Source: Ptychomitrium polyphyllum
Lineage: Eukaryota
Length of the DNA stretch: 64,000 nucleotides
Direction of reading: 5' to 3'
Assembly: GCA_973851085.1 (NCBI GenBank)
Contig: OZ316775.1
Span: forward strand, 17,298,001 to 17,362,000
Under the pieces are notes generated by a model, which worked only from the letters and a program-made list of their open reading frames with translations, was not told where the DNA came from and did no database searches. The position numbers were made by a program, and so were the translations under genes. The number at the start of each line of letters is the position of its first letter. Position 1 is the first letter of the stretch. This document shows, in pieces, positions 1 through 12,212 of the stretch.

Positions 1-770
1 AGCCAAAGATTAGCATACTAGACAAGTTTGATGGATCATAATCTTTATTAATAGGCTTTATTCAACAAGTAAGGCTCTTCCTTAGTTTGCATCAATTTCG
101 CTATTTTGATGGCATTATTTAAGTTTGATTTGTAACCACTCTTCTATCAAACAATGTATTATTGTGGTTTGCACCACTAATAAAGAAGCAGTCACCATTA
201 TTGAACAATGTAGATGCTTTTATAGAAGCAATGACATCTATCTTTGGAGACACTGATAAAAAGAGAATGGTTAAAACAAGGATCCAAAGTTTATAACAAG
301 AACAGCGCTCAGTTGCTATATATGCTACAGAGTTTTGACAACTAGCATGTGACCTTGATTGGAATGCTAAGACCTTGGTTATAGGATTCCAATAGAGCTT
401 GAGAGACATTGTGAAAGATTTGTTATTCATTATGCCAAAAGTTGATACATTGAACATATTCAATACTCAAGCAATAGCATGTGACAATAGACTATTTGAT
501 AGGTGTCAAGAATAATGCTTGGAATGGAGATTGATACATCAAGGTATGGAATCCACTTCTTCAAAAGTATTGAAAAATTGACTACAAGGACTGGAATCTA
601 TGCAAATTTAATTATTGCTGCCCAATTTAGATGTTTGATTTCCAAAGAAAAGAAAAGGCGTAGAAATGGAAATCCATATTTGTATTTTGGCAAATTTGGA
701 CATAAAGTGCGCAATTGCCAAATTAAGGAATCTGCTTTCAAGTCTCAAGGCACAATGAGAGCTTCAAAAC
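1..770 (+). mobile_element. Decayed Ty3/gypsy gag fragment (same family as 2747-3583), cut off by a copia-like insertion
   Basis: Colinear nucleotide similarity to 2795-3545 (e.g. agccaaagattagcatactagacaagtttgatgga vs agccaaaaattagcatgccagacaagtttgatgaa); zinc-knuckle remnant GKFGHKVRNC; many stops. Confidence 0.85.
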
Positions 771-774
771 GCCT

Positions 775-1882
775 AACTTTGAGGTTTTGCACATATAGGT
801 GCTTGGTTTGATGTTTTTGAGCTCTTGTAGGGTTGAAATTCCTTATATAGGAGGATTTCTTTGAATGTTGATAAGACCTTGATAGTATCTTTGTTGGATT
901 TGAGCTCTCTATCACCAACTAATTGTGCTTGGTGTTGTTGTCTTCTGAGTTCTTTGACAAGAGTGCTTATTGAGTGGACATAGTGAGTTGAAAGGCTTGT
1001 CTTTGGATTCATAGCTGTGAAGACTTGTGAGAAGCACAGCAGTCAAGGAAATAGTTTGTTTGAAGATACACTTCTTACCTCTCTTCTTAAGGCATGGCTT
1101 CGAGTGAAGGTGAAGATTTGAGGCTCATTCAAAAGTTTCATGGTGAGAACTTCTACCAATGGAAGGTTAGGATGGAGCTCTCGTTGGCTCCTATGGACCT
1201 TTGGGACATTATAGATGAGAATGAGACTGCTCTGCCATTGTTGGTGGATGCAAAGGAGAAGAAAGAGTTCCAACGTCATGAGAAGAAGGCTTTTGGCATC
1301 CTTGCCACCAACCTTGATGATGCCAACTTCGCCCATATCATCTCTTACAAAGGATCAATAAAAGCACGGAAGACGCTTTGCAACATCTATGAGAGTAAGA
1401 ACCTCTCCAACATCATCTTCACAACAAAGAAGTTCTTGAACTATAAGATGGAAGAAGGGCATGACCTCATGGCGCATGTCAACAAATTGAAGGCCTTTGC
1501 AACGCAACTTGTCATTATGGATAAGCCATTAGAGGATTTGGATGTTGTGATTACATTGCTCATGAGCTTGCTGGAGTCCTAAAGCTATCTCATAGTGGCC
1601 TTAGAGTCCATTCCCATCAAGGACTTTACTATGGGCTATGTGACGACGGGATTGAGCCACAAAGAGACCAAGAGGAAGGAAAAGGCGACTTTAAGTGAGG
1701 ACTTGGCCATCTTCTCGAAGCAAGGCAAGGCCACCTACTCTAATCAATGTCCAAATTTTAGAATGTGCTTTGAATGTGAAAAAAACTAAGTCATTTTGCT
1801 CCAAATTGCTACAACACTAAGATAGGAGAGGAAGGATGCCAACCATGAGATGGACCACCTTGGAGGTGGTGATTGTGTTTCT
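775..1882 (+). mobile_element. Truncated Ty1/copia element: probable LTR/leader (~775-1090) plus gag
   Basis: ORF 1094-1582 KFHGENFYQWKVRMELSL..DLWDII is typical copia gag (Retrotran_gag_2/UBN2-like); continues after a stop in 1595-1789; frameshifted CCHC knuckle at ~1766-1810; interrupted by a gypsy LTR at 1883. Confidence 0.85.
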
Positions 1883-2327
1883 TCTCACGGACATGCATCA
1901 TACAACATAGTCCATAGAACATTCTAGAATCTTAAAGAACTTCCTAGGAGGTTCTACCTCTTTAGGAAACTTCCTAAGAAGGTTTTGCTATCTTAGGGAA
2001 CTTCCAAGGAAGGTTCCAATTCCTTGGAAGCTTCTTAGGTAGGTTCCAACATCTTAGAAAACGTCTTCGGAAGGTTCCCTAGACTTCCAAAACATTCTTA
2101 AGCCTTGTAAGAAGCTTCTTTAGAAGTATCTTAGGAGATACAAACGTCATAGTATAAATAGGAAGCAAGACAAGGTATTCTTTAGTCTTGCCAACACAAG
2201 TTGTGGATCACCTTGAATCCTGCCTTGTTCTAGTCTTTATATCAAGTTCTTGTTAATCATTAGCTCTTTGGAAGCTAATTCTTGGGAAACACTTTGTTTT
2301 TGCTTCTTGTTTCTTGTGTCCTTAACA
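1883..2327 (+). repeat. 5' LTR of chromovirus element A (~445 bp)
   Basis: Starts tctcacggaca (consensus TGTCACGGACA), ends tgtccttaaca; TATAAATA at 2153-2160; ~30-bp internal tandem units; homologous to 60145-60538. Confidence 0.85.
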
Positions 2328-5300
2328 ATTTGGCAACACAACTTTTCATCTTTATCAGAGCTAAGGTTCTTCAAAGAAGATTGTGGATTACCCATCCTCT
2401 TTAAGATTCCATAGCGTCTTAGAGGTTGCGGATTACCCTCCTCTAAGCTGGCACCATAGAGTTGGTTTCTCCTTCTAGAATCAAGTATTACTTCTTTCAA
2501 AGGACGTGGATTTTCCTCCTTTGAAGGTACTCATAGTCTTCTTGGCTTTGCCAATCTTAAGAAATGGATAACGTGCCTGGAACATCAAAGAATAGGTTTG
2601 CAACTATTGCAGACCTTCAAAAGCTATTAAATACAGTTTGATTGGAACTCGCCCGTTTTAATACCACCAACAATTTGGAGCAACACACTCGGCAAGCTGA
2701 AGAATCCAATGGTAATATTCAAAGTTTATATCAAGAGGTTGTTTGATTGCAAGAGAGAAATATTAGAAGGAAAGGCTTACGTCGAACCTATGCAGAGCCA
2801 AAAATTAGCATGCCAGACAAGTTTGATGAATCAAGATCAAAATTAAGAGGCTTTATTCAACAAGTAAGGCTCTTCTTTAGTTTGCATCAATCTTACTATC
2901 TTGATGGCACAACTCAAGTGGGATTTGTAGCCGCTCTTTTATCAAACAATGCACTATTGTGGTTTGCACCATTAATAGAGAAGTAGTCACCATTATTGAA
3001 CAACTTAGATGTTTTCATAGAAGCACTAACATCTACTTTTGGAGACACCGACCAAGAAAAGGTAGATGAGACAAGGATCTAGAGTCTCCAACAAGGACAA
3101 CGCTCAGCTGCTACATATGCTGCAAAGATTCAACAATTAGCTTGCGACCTTGATTGGAATGATAAAGCCTTGGTCATACGATTCTGATGCGGCTTAAGAG
3201 AGAATGTAAAGGACTTGCTACTCACAATGCCAAGAGTTGAAACATTGGACAAATTCATCACTCAAGCAATAGCATGTGACAATACACTATTTGAGAGGCG
3301 CCAAAAATAAGGCTTGAAATGGCGAGTAGTACGTTCAAGCATGACTACCACTTCTTTAAGAATATTGAAAAGCCGACCACAAGGACCAAAACCTATGCAA
3401 ATTGATGCTGCCCAGTTTAGAAGTTTGACTCCAGAAGAAAAAAAAAGACATCAAAAAGAAAACCTATGTTTGTGTTCTGGCAGATCTGGACATAAAGTGT
3501 GCGATTGCCAAATCAAAGGATCTGCCTTTAAGGCTCAAAGCACAATGGTGGAGTTGGAAAACAAGGTTGTCCAGTTACAGTAGAAACCATGCAATTGGAT
3601 ACCATAAGGAAACGACCATCAAATCAAGGTCTCATACTACCTTCAAGCCCTACCTCTTGTTTTACATTTCCTATCAAAATTAAATTGTTAGATGATGAAA
3701 TAATTAGTGAGGCTCTTTTAGACACTAATGCAACAGCAAGTTTCATGGACAAGGATTTTGCAACCAAACATTACATGGTCTTTGTGAACAAAAAATATCC
3801 CGCACCTATTGAAGTTATTGATGGACGAACTCTTGCGTCTGGCAACGTTATTGAAGAAACCCAATCCTTGGAAGTTGTTTTAGGAGATCAAGCATGTAAG
3901 ATTATCTTCAATATCATTCAATACCGAACAAATCCTATTGTTTTGGGCCTTCCTTGATTTGAATTATATAATCCAGACATTGATTGGCGCTCACGGAGTG
4001 TGGTCTTAAGGAAAAGACGTCAAGGTACGAGAAATCTTGGACCATCCTTTATTGGAGCTAAGGCATTTATGAGAGCGGCAAAGGATGAACCAATCTATGC
4101 CATTTATGCCACGCCAATATCAAGCTCTATAATAGAGACTACGCCAGCAAACATGTTACCAAAACACCGACCTTACGATTCTACCATTGAGTTGCAAGAA
4201 AGAGCCCAACCACCTTTTGGACCTATTTACAATTTATCACAAACTGAGTTGGCTGCCTTGAGAGAATATATTGATGAAAACCTTGGAAAGGGTTTCATTC
4301 AACATTCTAAATCACCTGCTGGAGCACCCATTCTATTTGTAAGGAAAAAAGATGGATCATTATGTATGTGCGTGGACTATCGAGGCCTCAATAAAGTAAC
4401 AAAAAAGAATCGCTATCCATTACCATTATTTTCAAGAATCCTACAACAACTTGGTCAAGCAAAGATATTCACCAAGATTGATCTTAGAGGCGCCTACAAT
4501 CTTGTACGCATCAAAGAAGGAGACAAATGGAAGACAGCTTTTTGATTTAGGCATGGTCATTTTGAATACAATGTCATGCCTTTTGGCCTTATTAATGCCT
4601 TTGCAGTCTTCCAACATATGATGAATGATATCTTCCATGAACATTTGGACGATTTTGTAGTCATCTATTTAGATGGCATTTTGATATATTCAAAGGATGA
4701 ACAAGACCACAAATGTCATATGCGACTGGTCTTAGAAAAACTACGCCAGCGAGGATTATATGCCAAATTGGAGAAGTGCCTTTTCATTGAATCCTTGGTT
4801 GAATTTTTAGGCTACATCATTTTTAAAGAAGGAATCCATATGGATAAGAAAAAAATAAGCATTGTCATGGAATGGAGTATGCCAAGATCAATTCAAGATG
4901 TTCAATGCTTCTTGGGATTTGCAAACTTCTACAGAATATTCCTCAAGAACTATTCCAAGATTGTGGCACCATTAACACGTCTTACGGGGAATCAAAAATT
5001 CATTTGGGATGAAGAGGCGGAAAAAGCATTTCAAAGTCTTAAGAAGTCATTCACATCGGCTTCCATCCTTATTCATCCAAATCCATCAAAGCCTTTCTAT
5101 TTGGAAGCGGATGCCTTAGATTTTGCGCTTGGCTCAGTATTCTTACAATATGATGAAGACGGGACACTTCACCCTCTTGCCTTTTGTTCAAGGAAGTTCT
5201 CAGCGGCAGAGATCAACTAACATATACACAATAAGGAGTTACTTGCAATTGTGGATGCATTTGAGGAATAATGACACTTGTTGGAAGAAGCTCAACATAC

Positions 5301-7540
5301 CATCACAATACACATAAACTATAAGAACTTGGAGTATTTCATAAGTGCGCGCATTTTGAATCGCCGTCAAGCAAGGTGGAGTATGTCGCTTTCTAGATTT
5401 AACTTTGTCATTACCTATCGAGCTGGTAGCTTACAAAGTAAGCCAGATGCCTTATCTCAAAGATTTTATTTAGCTCCTCAACCTCGAGATGATATTTTGG
5501 ATCAACAAAGGATTATTTTATTGAAGCCAGAGAATCTTTAATTGAAAGCAGCAATTATTACAACAACATCCCATTGTGACAAAATTCAGAAGGCTTTGAA
5601 GAATGATGTGTTTGTTTCAAATATAAAGAAGCGCCTCAAAGACAATGGCGATCCTTCAAATAGCGATGATGACTTTGAATCCCAAGAGGGCCTACTTTAT
5701 TATAAAGGACTTTTGTACCTACCTCCAGGCCCTTTGCGGTTGAAGATCCTTCAAGCACGTCATGATTTTCCAGTAGCAAGACATTTTGGATTCAATTAGA
5801 CAATGGAATTGATTGCTAGAAACTATTGGTGGCCACAAATGTGGAAGTACGTGAAGGACTTTGTTCGATCATGTGACACTTGTGCAAGAGCCAAGGTACC
5901 AAGGCACCAACCTCATGGTATCCTCCATTTGCTTCTAGTGCTAAACAGCCCATGGTTGTCTTCATCAATGTGTTTTATTATGAACCTTCCAAACTCTGAT
6001 TCTAAGGATTCTATTTTGGTAGTGGTGGATTGATTTATCAAAATGGCACATTTCATTCCATGCAACAAGACAGTAACAAGAAAAAAACTGCCAAGTTGTT
6101 CCGAAATCACTTCTACTGCATACATGGACTACCAGATGATATTGTATCCGATCGGGGGCCGCAATTCATTTCCAACTTTTGGAGGGCTCTATTCTAGATG
6201 TTGCGTGTAAAGATCAATCTTTCTTTAGCACACCATCTGTAAACTGATGGCCAAACCGAACGTGTGAATCAAATTTTGGAGCAGTACCTTTGTTGTAGCA
6301 TAAACTACCAGCAAGACAACTGGATGGATCTCTTGCCTTTGGCAATTTTTGCTTACAACAATACGGTGCATTCTTGAACAACTCAAAGTCCATTCTTTGC
6401 AAACTATGGCCATCATCCTCAAGCAGATCTATTTCAAGTGAAGTATGTTGGAAGTCCTGCAGTAGAGGATTTTGTAATTCAACTTGCTAAATTCCATTTT
6501 GAAATTACCTTCCAGTTACAATAAGCTCAAGATTATTACAAAATTTATGCAGATTGCTATAGAATAGACAATCCAAAGTTTAAGGTTGGAGATAGCGTAT
6601 GGCTCCTACGACAAAATATACAAACAAAAAGACCATCAAAGAAGTAGGACTATCAAAGGCTGGGACCATTTGAAATCAGCAAACAGATAAATCCGGTTAG
6701 TTATTGCTTAAAGCTACCACCAAGCATGCAAATTCATCCGATATTCCACATATTGTTGTTGGAAACCTATAACAAATCATGTATACCAGAAAAAATTGTC
6801 CCTTCGCCTCTTCCGTTGGAAATCAATAATGAAATTGAATATGAAGTGGAAGAGATCTTAGATTCACGCATCAAGAACGGACGTGTGGAGTACCTTATAC
6901 ATTGGCAAGGATATGACATCAATATCCAAACATGGGAACCTTGAACGAATGTAACAAATGCATCCGAGAAGGTACGCGAATTTCATCAAAGATATCCTCA
7001 AAAACTAGGTCAGTGATGACGTGTCATCTATAGCCGTTAGCTTCACAAAGAAGATTTTCCTTCATAAACAAGTATAAGAAGGATGGAGAGATATCCAAAC
7101 CTCCAATTGTATGCAGCATTAATTCCAAAATAGATCATTTTTAGATCCTAGCTAGTATGTCAAATCTTCGTGTTATCATGGATATGCATGAAGAGCAGTC
7201 GGCCATGCCTTCATCAACAACATCATCTATTGAGCCATGGTAATTTTCACTGTCCTTGGTAACGGAGGATCCAAGGAAAGATATGAAAGGAATAGTCCTA
7301 CATTGAATACAATCTCGTACAAAAGTATTGGCTAGTCGCCCTTCACATTCATGTCTTAATTCAAAGGTTGGCGCTCTAGTGATTTTCTTAAAAATAAGAA
7401 AAGTCACTCCTTAGAGACCCGAGATCTTGTTTGGAGGATGCCTTGAAGAGTTTAATCAAGATTTGATCTTGGGATGGGACATTTCAACAACAGAAGTCTT
7501 GGCTGGTGATCATTGTCGTTTCTTGCAAGGACCAATTGAA
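1883..7540 (+). mobile_element. Decayed Ty3/gypsy chromovirus (Tcn1-like) element A: gag-PR-RT-RNaseH-IN-chromodomain
   Basis: gag EPKISMPDKFD; protease [34 protein letters not shown] and VVIYLDG; RNaseH EADALDFALG; integrase zinc finger YWWPQM..CDTC; chromodomain [24 protein letters not shown] (6838-6941); many in-frame stops. Confidence 0.95.
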
Positions 7541-7619
7541 CTAGTAAACAAAGAACAACATAATAAGATCTTTTGACTTGATTAAAGGCCAAGTACACAA
7601 TAAGGCCAGGTACACCATA

Positions 7620-10600
7620 ATAAGATCTGTTATAAAATCCATTGATACAAACGACCTTAATTGCCTTAAAATAGGCAATGGTTGGAGAAATCCATATAGT
7701 CGGTGTTGAAAGTTTTTTGACCTAGAGTAGGTATCACACAAGAGTACAAACTCTTTAATGGCCTTCTACATGTGAAGGCATCAAAAGTTTCTTGAGAGGA
7801 GTTTCAAGGTTTTGTTGAATCCAAAATGTCTAGCCGCAAGAAAGTCATGACATGCTTGAAGTACACAAAGGCAAACTGATCCTTCAGGAATATATAGACG
7901 TTCTTCAAAATAGAAAAGGTTGTCTTTTAATTTGAACTTAGGCACATCTTTAAGAAGGTTGTTGGAATGACACTGTATATAAAAAATAAAAAGATCTTTG
8001 GTAGTTGCCACATGCACTTGGTCAAAGAACAATGAGTCCATCAGAGTTGAAATGATAGTTGTGCGTATACAAAATCATTTGGATTTCAACAAAGTTACTT
8101 GATGTTGATTGTGTGCTATCTCTCCCACTTTTGGGGCAAGGTATGATTGCCTTGACAAAGCATCTCATAACCCTTGCTATTTTTTGGATCAATACGTGAT
8201 GCAAAAATCAAATTGAGATAGAGACATACTTCAACGAACTTAGCGGCGATTCACAACACAAGATGACATGATATATTCTAAGTTCTTGTGATCTATATAT
8301 ACAATCACTGGATGCGCGACATCCTTGTGTAAAAGATGGCATTTTTGGAAGGAATCCACAATTGCAAGGAGTTTCTTGTCGTGGATCTTGTAATTAATTT
8401 TTGCACCTGAAAATTTTCCAGAATAAAATGTTATCAGATGGAGTCCTCCTTTTCCTCTTGTTTGTGAAAATATTGCTCTTAGTGCAAAGTCGGAAGCATC
8501 TGTCCCTAGACGAAATTGTTTCAAAAATTCCGGATGGATCTGAATAGGAACCATGGTAAAAGCTTGCTTCAAACTTTGGAATGCATCCTTAGCATCAAAT
8601 CTCTATTCAAGCTTTTCCTTGCATGTTAGTCGCGTAAGTTGTATAGTTATTCAAAAATAGTCTTTGATGAAGATCCTATAGAAGTTTGCAAATCCAAGAA
8701 AGCATTGGACATTACTTACCAATTTTGGCCTTATCCAATCACTAACTGCTTTGACCTTCTTTGGATCCACAATAGTCCTTTATTGGAGATGATATAACCA
8801 AACAATTCCACTTGAAGTTTGTGGAATGCACATTTCTCTAACTTGGCATATAACTCATAATCTCGTAGTTTTTATAGGACTATGCGGACATATTGTTCAT
8901 GTTCCTTTGGATTCTATGAATAGATCAACATATCATTCAGATAGCATACGACAAAATCATCGAGGCACTTTTAAATTATGTCATTCATCAAGTGCTAAAA
9001 AATGGCAAGTGCATTGGTAAATCCAAAAGGCATGTCATTGTATACAAAATGTCTACACCTTATCTGAAAAGCCATCTTCCATTCATCTTCTTCTTTGATG
9101 AACACCAAATTGTAGACTCCTTGCAAGTCTATTTTGGTGTAGATCTTTGCTTGGCCAAGTTGATCAAGAAGTCTAGATATCAATGGCAATGGATATCGGT
9201 TCTTCATTGTCATTTTGTTCAAGCCGCAGTAATCAACATACATTCGTAAGGATCCATCTTTCTTCTTTACAAAAAATATTGGAGCATTAGCAAGAGACTT
9301 TGAATGTTGTATGAATTTCTTGGCTAAGTTTTCATCAATATACTTCCTGAGTGATGAAAGCTCGTTTTTAGATAAATTATAGATAAGTCCAAATGAGGTT
9401 GGCACTGTCTTGGAGGTCTATGGCACAGTCGTAAGGACGATGTTTTAATAGGGTATTTACATTCTTCTTTTTGAATACATTATTGAACTCCTTATACTAT
9501 TTTGGAATGATTGAAGATGAAGCCACAACTTTGGATGTTGGAATTGCATACACAACAAAAGAAGCACCAGTTTTTGTTGCTTTCATAAATGCTCTAGCTT
9601 CAATGAAGAGAGGCTTTATGGATTTAGATATATAAGATGCTTTAACTTCCACCGTAGGCTTACTTGTTATATGTTCTAATGATGGAAATTCTAATTTGCG
9701 GGATGCCCAACCAATCTGCGGGTTGTATTTTTCAGGCCAAGAAAGCCCTAGAATGATGGGATATAACAAAGGCCTAATGACATTAAATATCACTTGACTA
9801 CTATGGTTGTTCAATATTATTGTTAAAGGATTGGTCTTACAAATAACATCTCCGGAAGATAACGGTCAACCATCTATGACTTCTACATAGACAGGTTTGG
9901 ATTTTCCACTAAAAAGAAACTTATGAATTTTCATAAACACTTTGTCACTAAAGCAAGCAAAGGCTCTTGAATCTATTAGAGCAAGGATTTTGAGCTTTTG
10001 AACACCTAAAAAAACATGTATAATAAAACAAGAGGAAAGATGGGTTGATAAAACATGATTTTTGTTTTCTTGCGAAAGTAGCGGATCCAGTTGCACGATC
10101 TTTATTGTGGCTAGATGTTCTTGTTTTCCTAGAAAGCATTTGGCATGGTGGTTGTACCTCTCATCCAATATGTATGTAGAGGTTTGTCTAGGCAGTTATC
10201 AATCTTGTGGTCACATTTTCTATAGTACAAACACAACCCCTATTCTTTTTGTCGCTTCTTCTCATATTTGGTACGAGATTTGAAGCAAACCGCATCAATC
10301 TGTATAGCTTTTGCTCCCAAATACTTATTAGAGGTAGATGGGGCTGTAGCTACTGAAAAATTGGTATAAGGCCGAGGCGTAATCAAAGTGTATTTATCTT
10401 ATCAACGTTGAAATACACAATTATTGCACTTCAAAACTTTGCTAATGGCCTCATAAAATATTTGACAGTTTGGCATGGATAGCAATAAATCTTTAACCTT
10501 GTCGCATACGCTTCAATGAAATTAATTCATTAGCGCTTTTCTTTAATTGATGTCGTATGCAAGTTGTCAAAATTCCAATGCATAAATTGAAATAGAACGT

Positions 10601-11748
10601 GGCCCTTGGCGTAAGGCACAAATCTAAGTAGTTGTAAAACAAAGCTTGTCATGGTCACCAAATGCTTTTGCAAACGTGGCTAAGAACGCATTAAAGTAGC
10701 TGAATATGGGGGAATCCTTCTCAAAAAGTTGTACAAACCAGAACAATGCTTGTCGTGAGAACAACATTCCTACCAAACTAACATGCAAAGCATCCGTAGG
10801 ATACCTTTGAGGTTGAAAGAAGGTAACAAATTGAATTTGGTTTACAAAGCCTCAAAATTTTAAATGCGTCCCGTTAAACTTCTCCGGAGGGCTGATTCTT
10901 GGTTCTTTGGTTGTTGACGTTGAATTCTTGGCTTGAACTTGTCCGCCATCTATCAAATTGAGTCTAGACAATAAAACACCTAAGTTGACTTGGGATAGCA
11001 ACTGCGGTACTTTTGCTCCTTGACGATTTTGTATGGTCAAATACAGTTCATCGTTTTGCTTAGATAAAGTCTTGGTCTTAATCTTCAATGCTTCAAAGGC
11101 ATTGAAAATGGAATCTATTTTTGTTTCTTTTGAATCAGTTATATTGAGTTCTTCACCCCTGACATAGAAATGAAGTGGGCATAGATAAAAACTACTAATT
11201 ACTCAAGAAACTCAAGAAAATTTTAGATAAAATATTAGTTTAGAAGAAGGTAATCTTCAACCCCTAGAGTACTATAGTGCTTTTGAGAAAGAAGGGTGAT
11301 CTGCTTTCTATCAAGAAAGACCAATCTCTGATATTGTTGTATGACAGTCTTGACAAATCGTTACGGAAAAAGTAACCACAAGACAAGGCTCCAGGATTCC
11401 AAGATGTAGAACAAGATATGTCAAAAGTTAATTAAAAGTAAAAAACTACAACAAAGTTCAAAAGATAAGGCCAGAAGGTCTAAAATAGACCATAACAGAT
11501 GCGATGTCGAGATTGAAGAGCCCTTCAACCTCAATTCCTATATAAATTAGAACTACAAGCCTTGGAAACTTTTTGAGAAGCTTCACCTACATTGCTTTAT
11601 ACTCAAACAACTTTGAGTTGCTCCTTTAGAAGTTTTTGAGGCCAAGGTAACTTCCTTGGAAGCTTCCTAAGCCAAGGCAACTTCCTTAGAAGCTTTTTAA
11701 ATCTTCTAAGAACCTTTCTAGATGCTTCTAATATGTATGTCCGTGATA
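7620..11748 (-). mobile_element. Decayed Ty3/gypsy chromovirus element B, 3'-truncated within integrase
   Basis: Minus ORFs: gag EPRISPPEKFNG (10852-11088), protease [28 protein letters not shown], RNaseH TDASDFAL, integrase ending at SMDFITDL near 7620; 5' LTR 11359-11748. Confidence 0.92.
11359..11748 (-). repeat. 5' LTR of element B (~390 bp)
   Basis: Minus strand begins tatcacggacataca and ends ..tccgtaacg; clearly homologous to 61987-62465. Confidence 0.85.
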
Positions 11749-11761
11749 CTAGCTGCTTAAC

Positions 11762-12060
11762 GGGGAAGTGATGTCACAGACATAGATCATACCATATAAT
11801 CTTTAAAAGCTTTTAGAACCTTTTGGTATATTATAGTATTTTTTTAGAATATTTTTAATGTGTCCATAGCCATTTCTACATCTTTGAAAAAAATTCTAGA
11901 AAAATTCCACTTCCTTAGGAAACTTCCTAGAAAGGTTTCATCATTTTATAAATCTTTCTAGGAAGGTTTTATCTCTTTGGAAAACTTCCTATGAAGGTTT
12001 AACCACCTTAAGAAATTTCCAAAGAAGATTCCATCATTTTTGAAAATTCTCTTTAGCTAT
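11762..12060 (+). repeat. Polypurine tract plus truncated 3' LTR of family A
   Basis: ggggaagtga immediately followed by TGTCACAGACATAGATCAT, matching the LTR start at 60145; ~30-bp ttaggaaacttcctagaaagg units. Confidence 0.8.
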
Positions 12061-12112
12061 TTTAATGTTATATATTAATAGAACAAAAAAGTGACATCTT
12101 TAACATACTAAC

Positions 12113-12212
12113 AAGCATAAGAATAAAAAGACTAGTAGAATAACTTCTTTTTCTATACAAAGAAGCATAAGAATAAAAAGACTAGTAGGACGACTTCTTT
12201 TTCTATATAAAG
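12113..12212. repeat. 50-bp tandem duplication (2 copies)
   Basis: aagcataagaataaaaagactagtag..ttctttttctata.aaag occurs twice in tandem. Confidence 0.9.
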
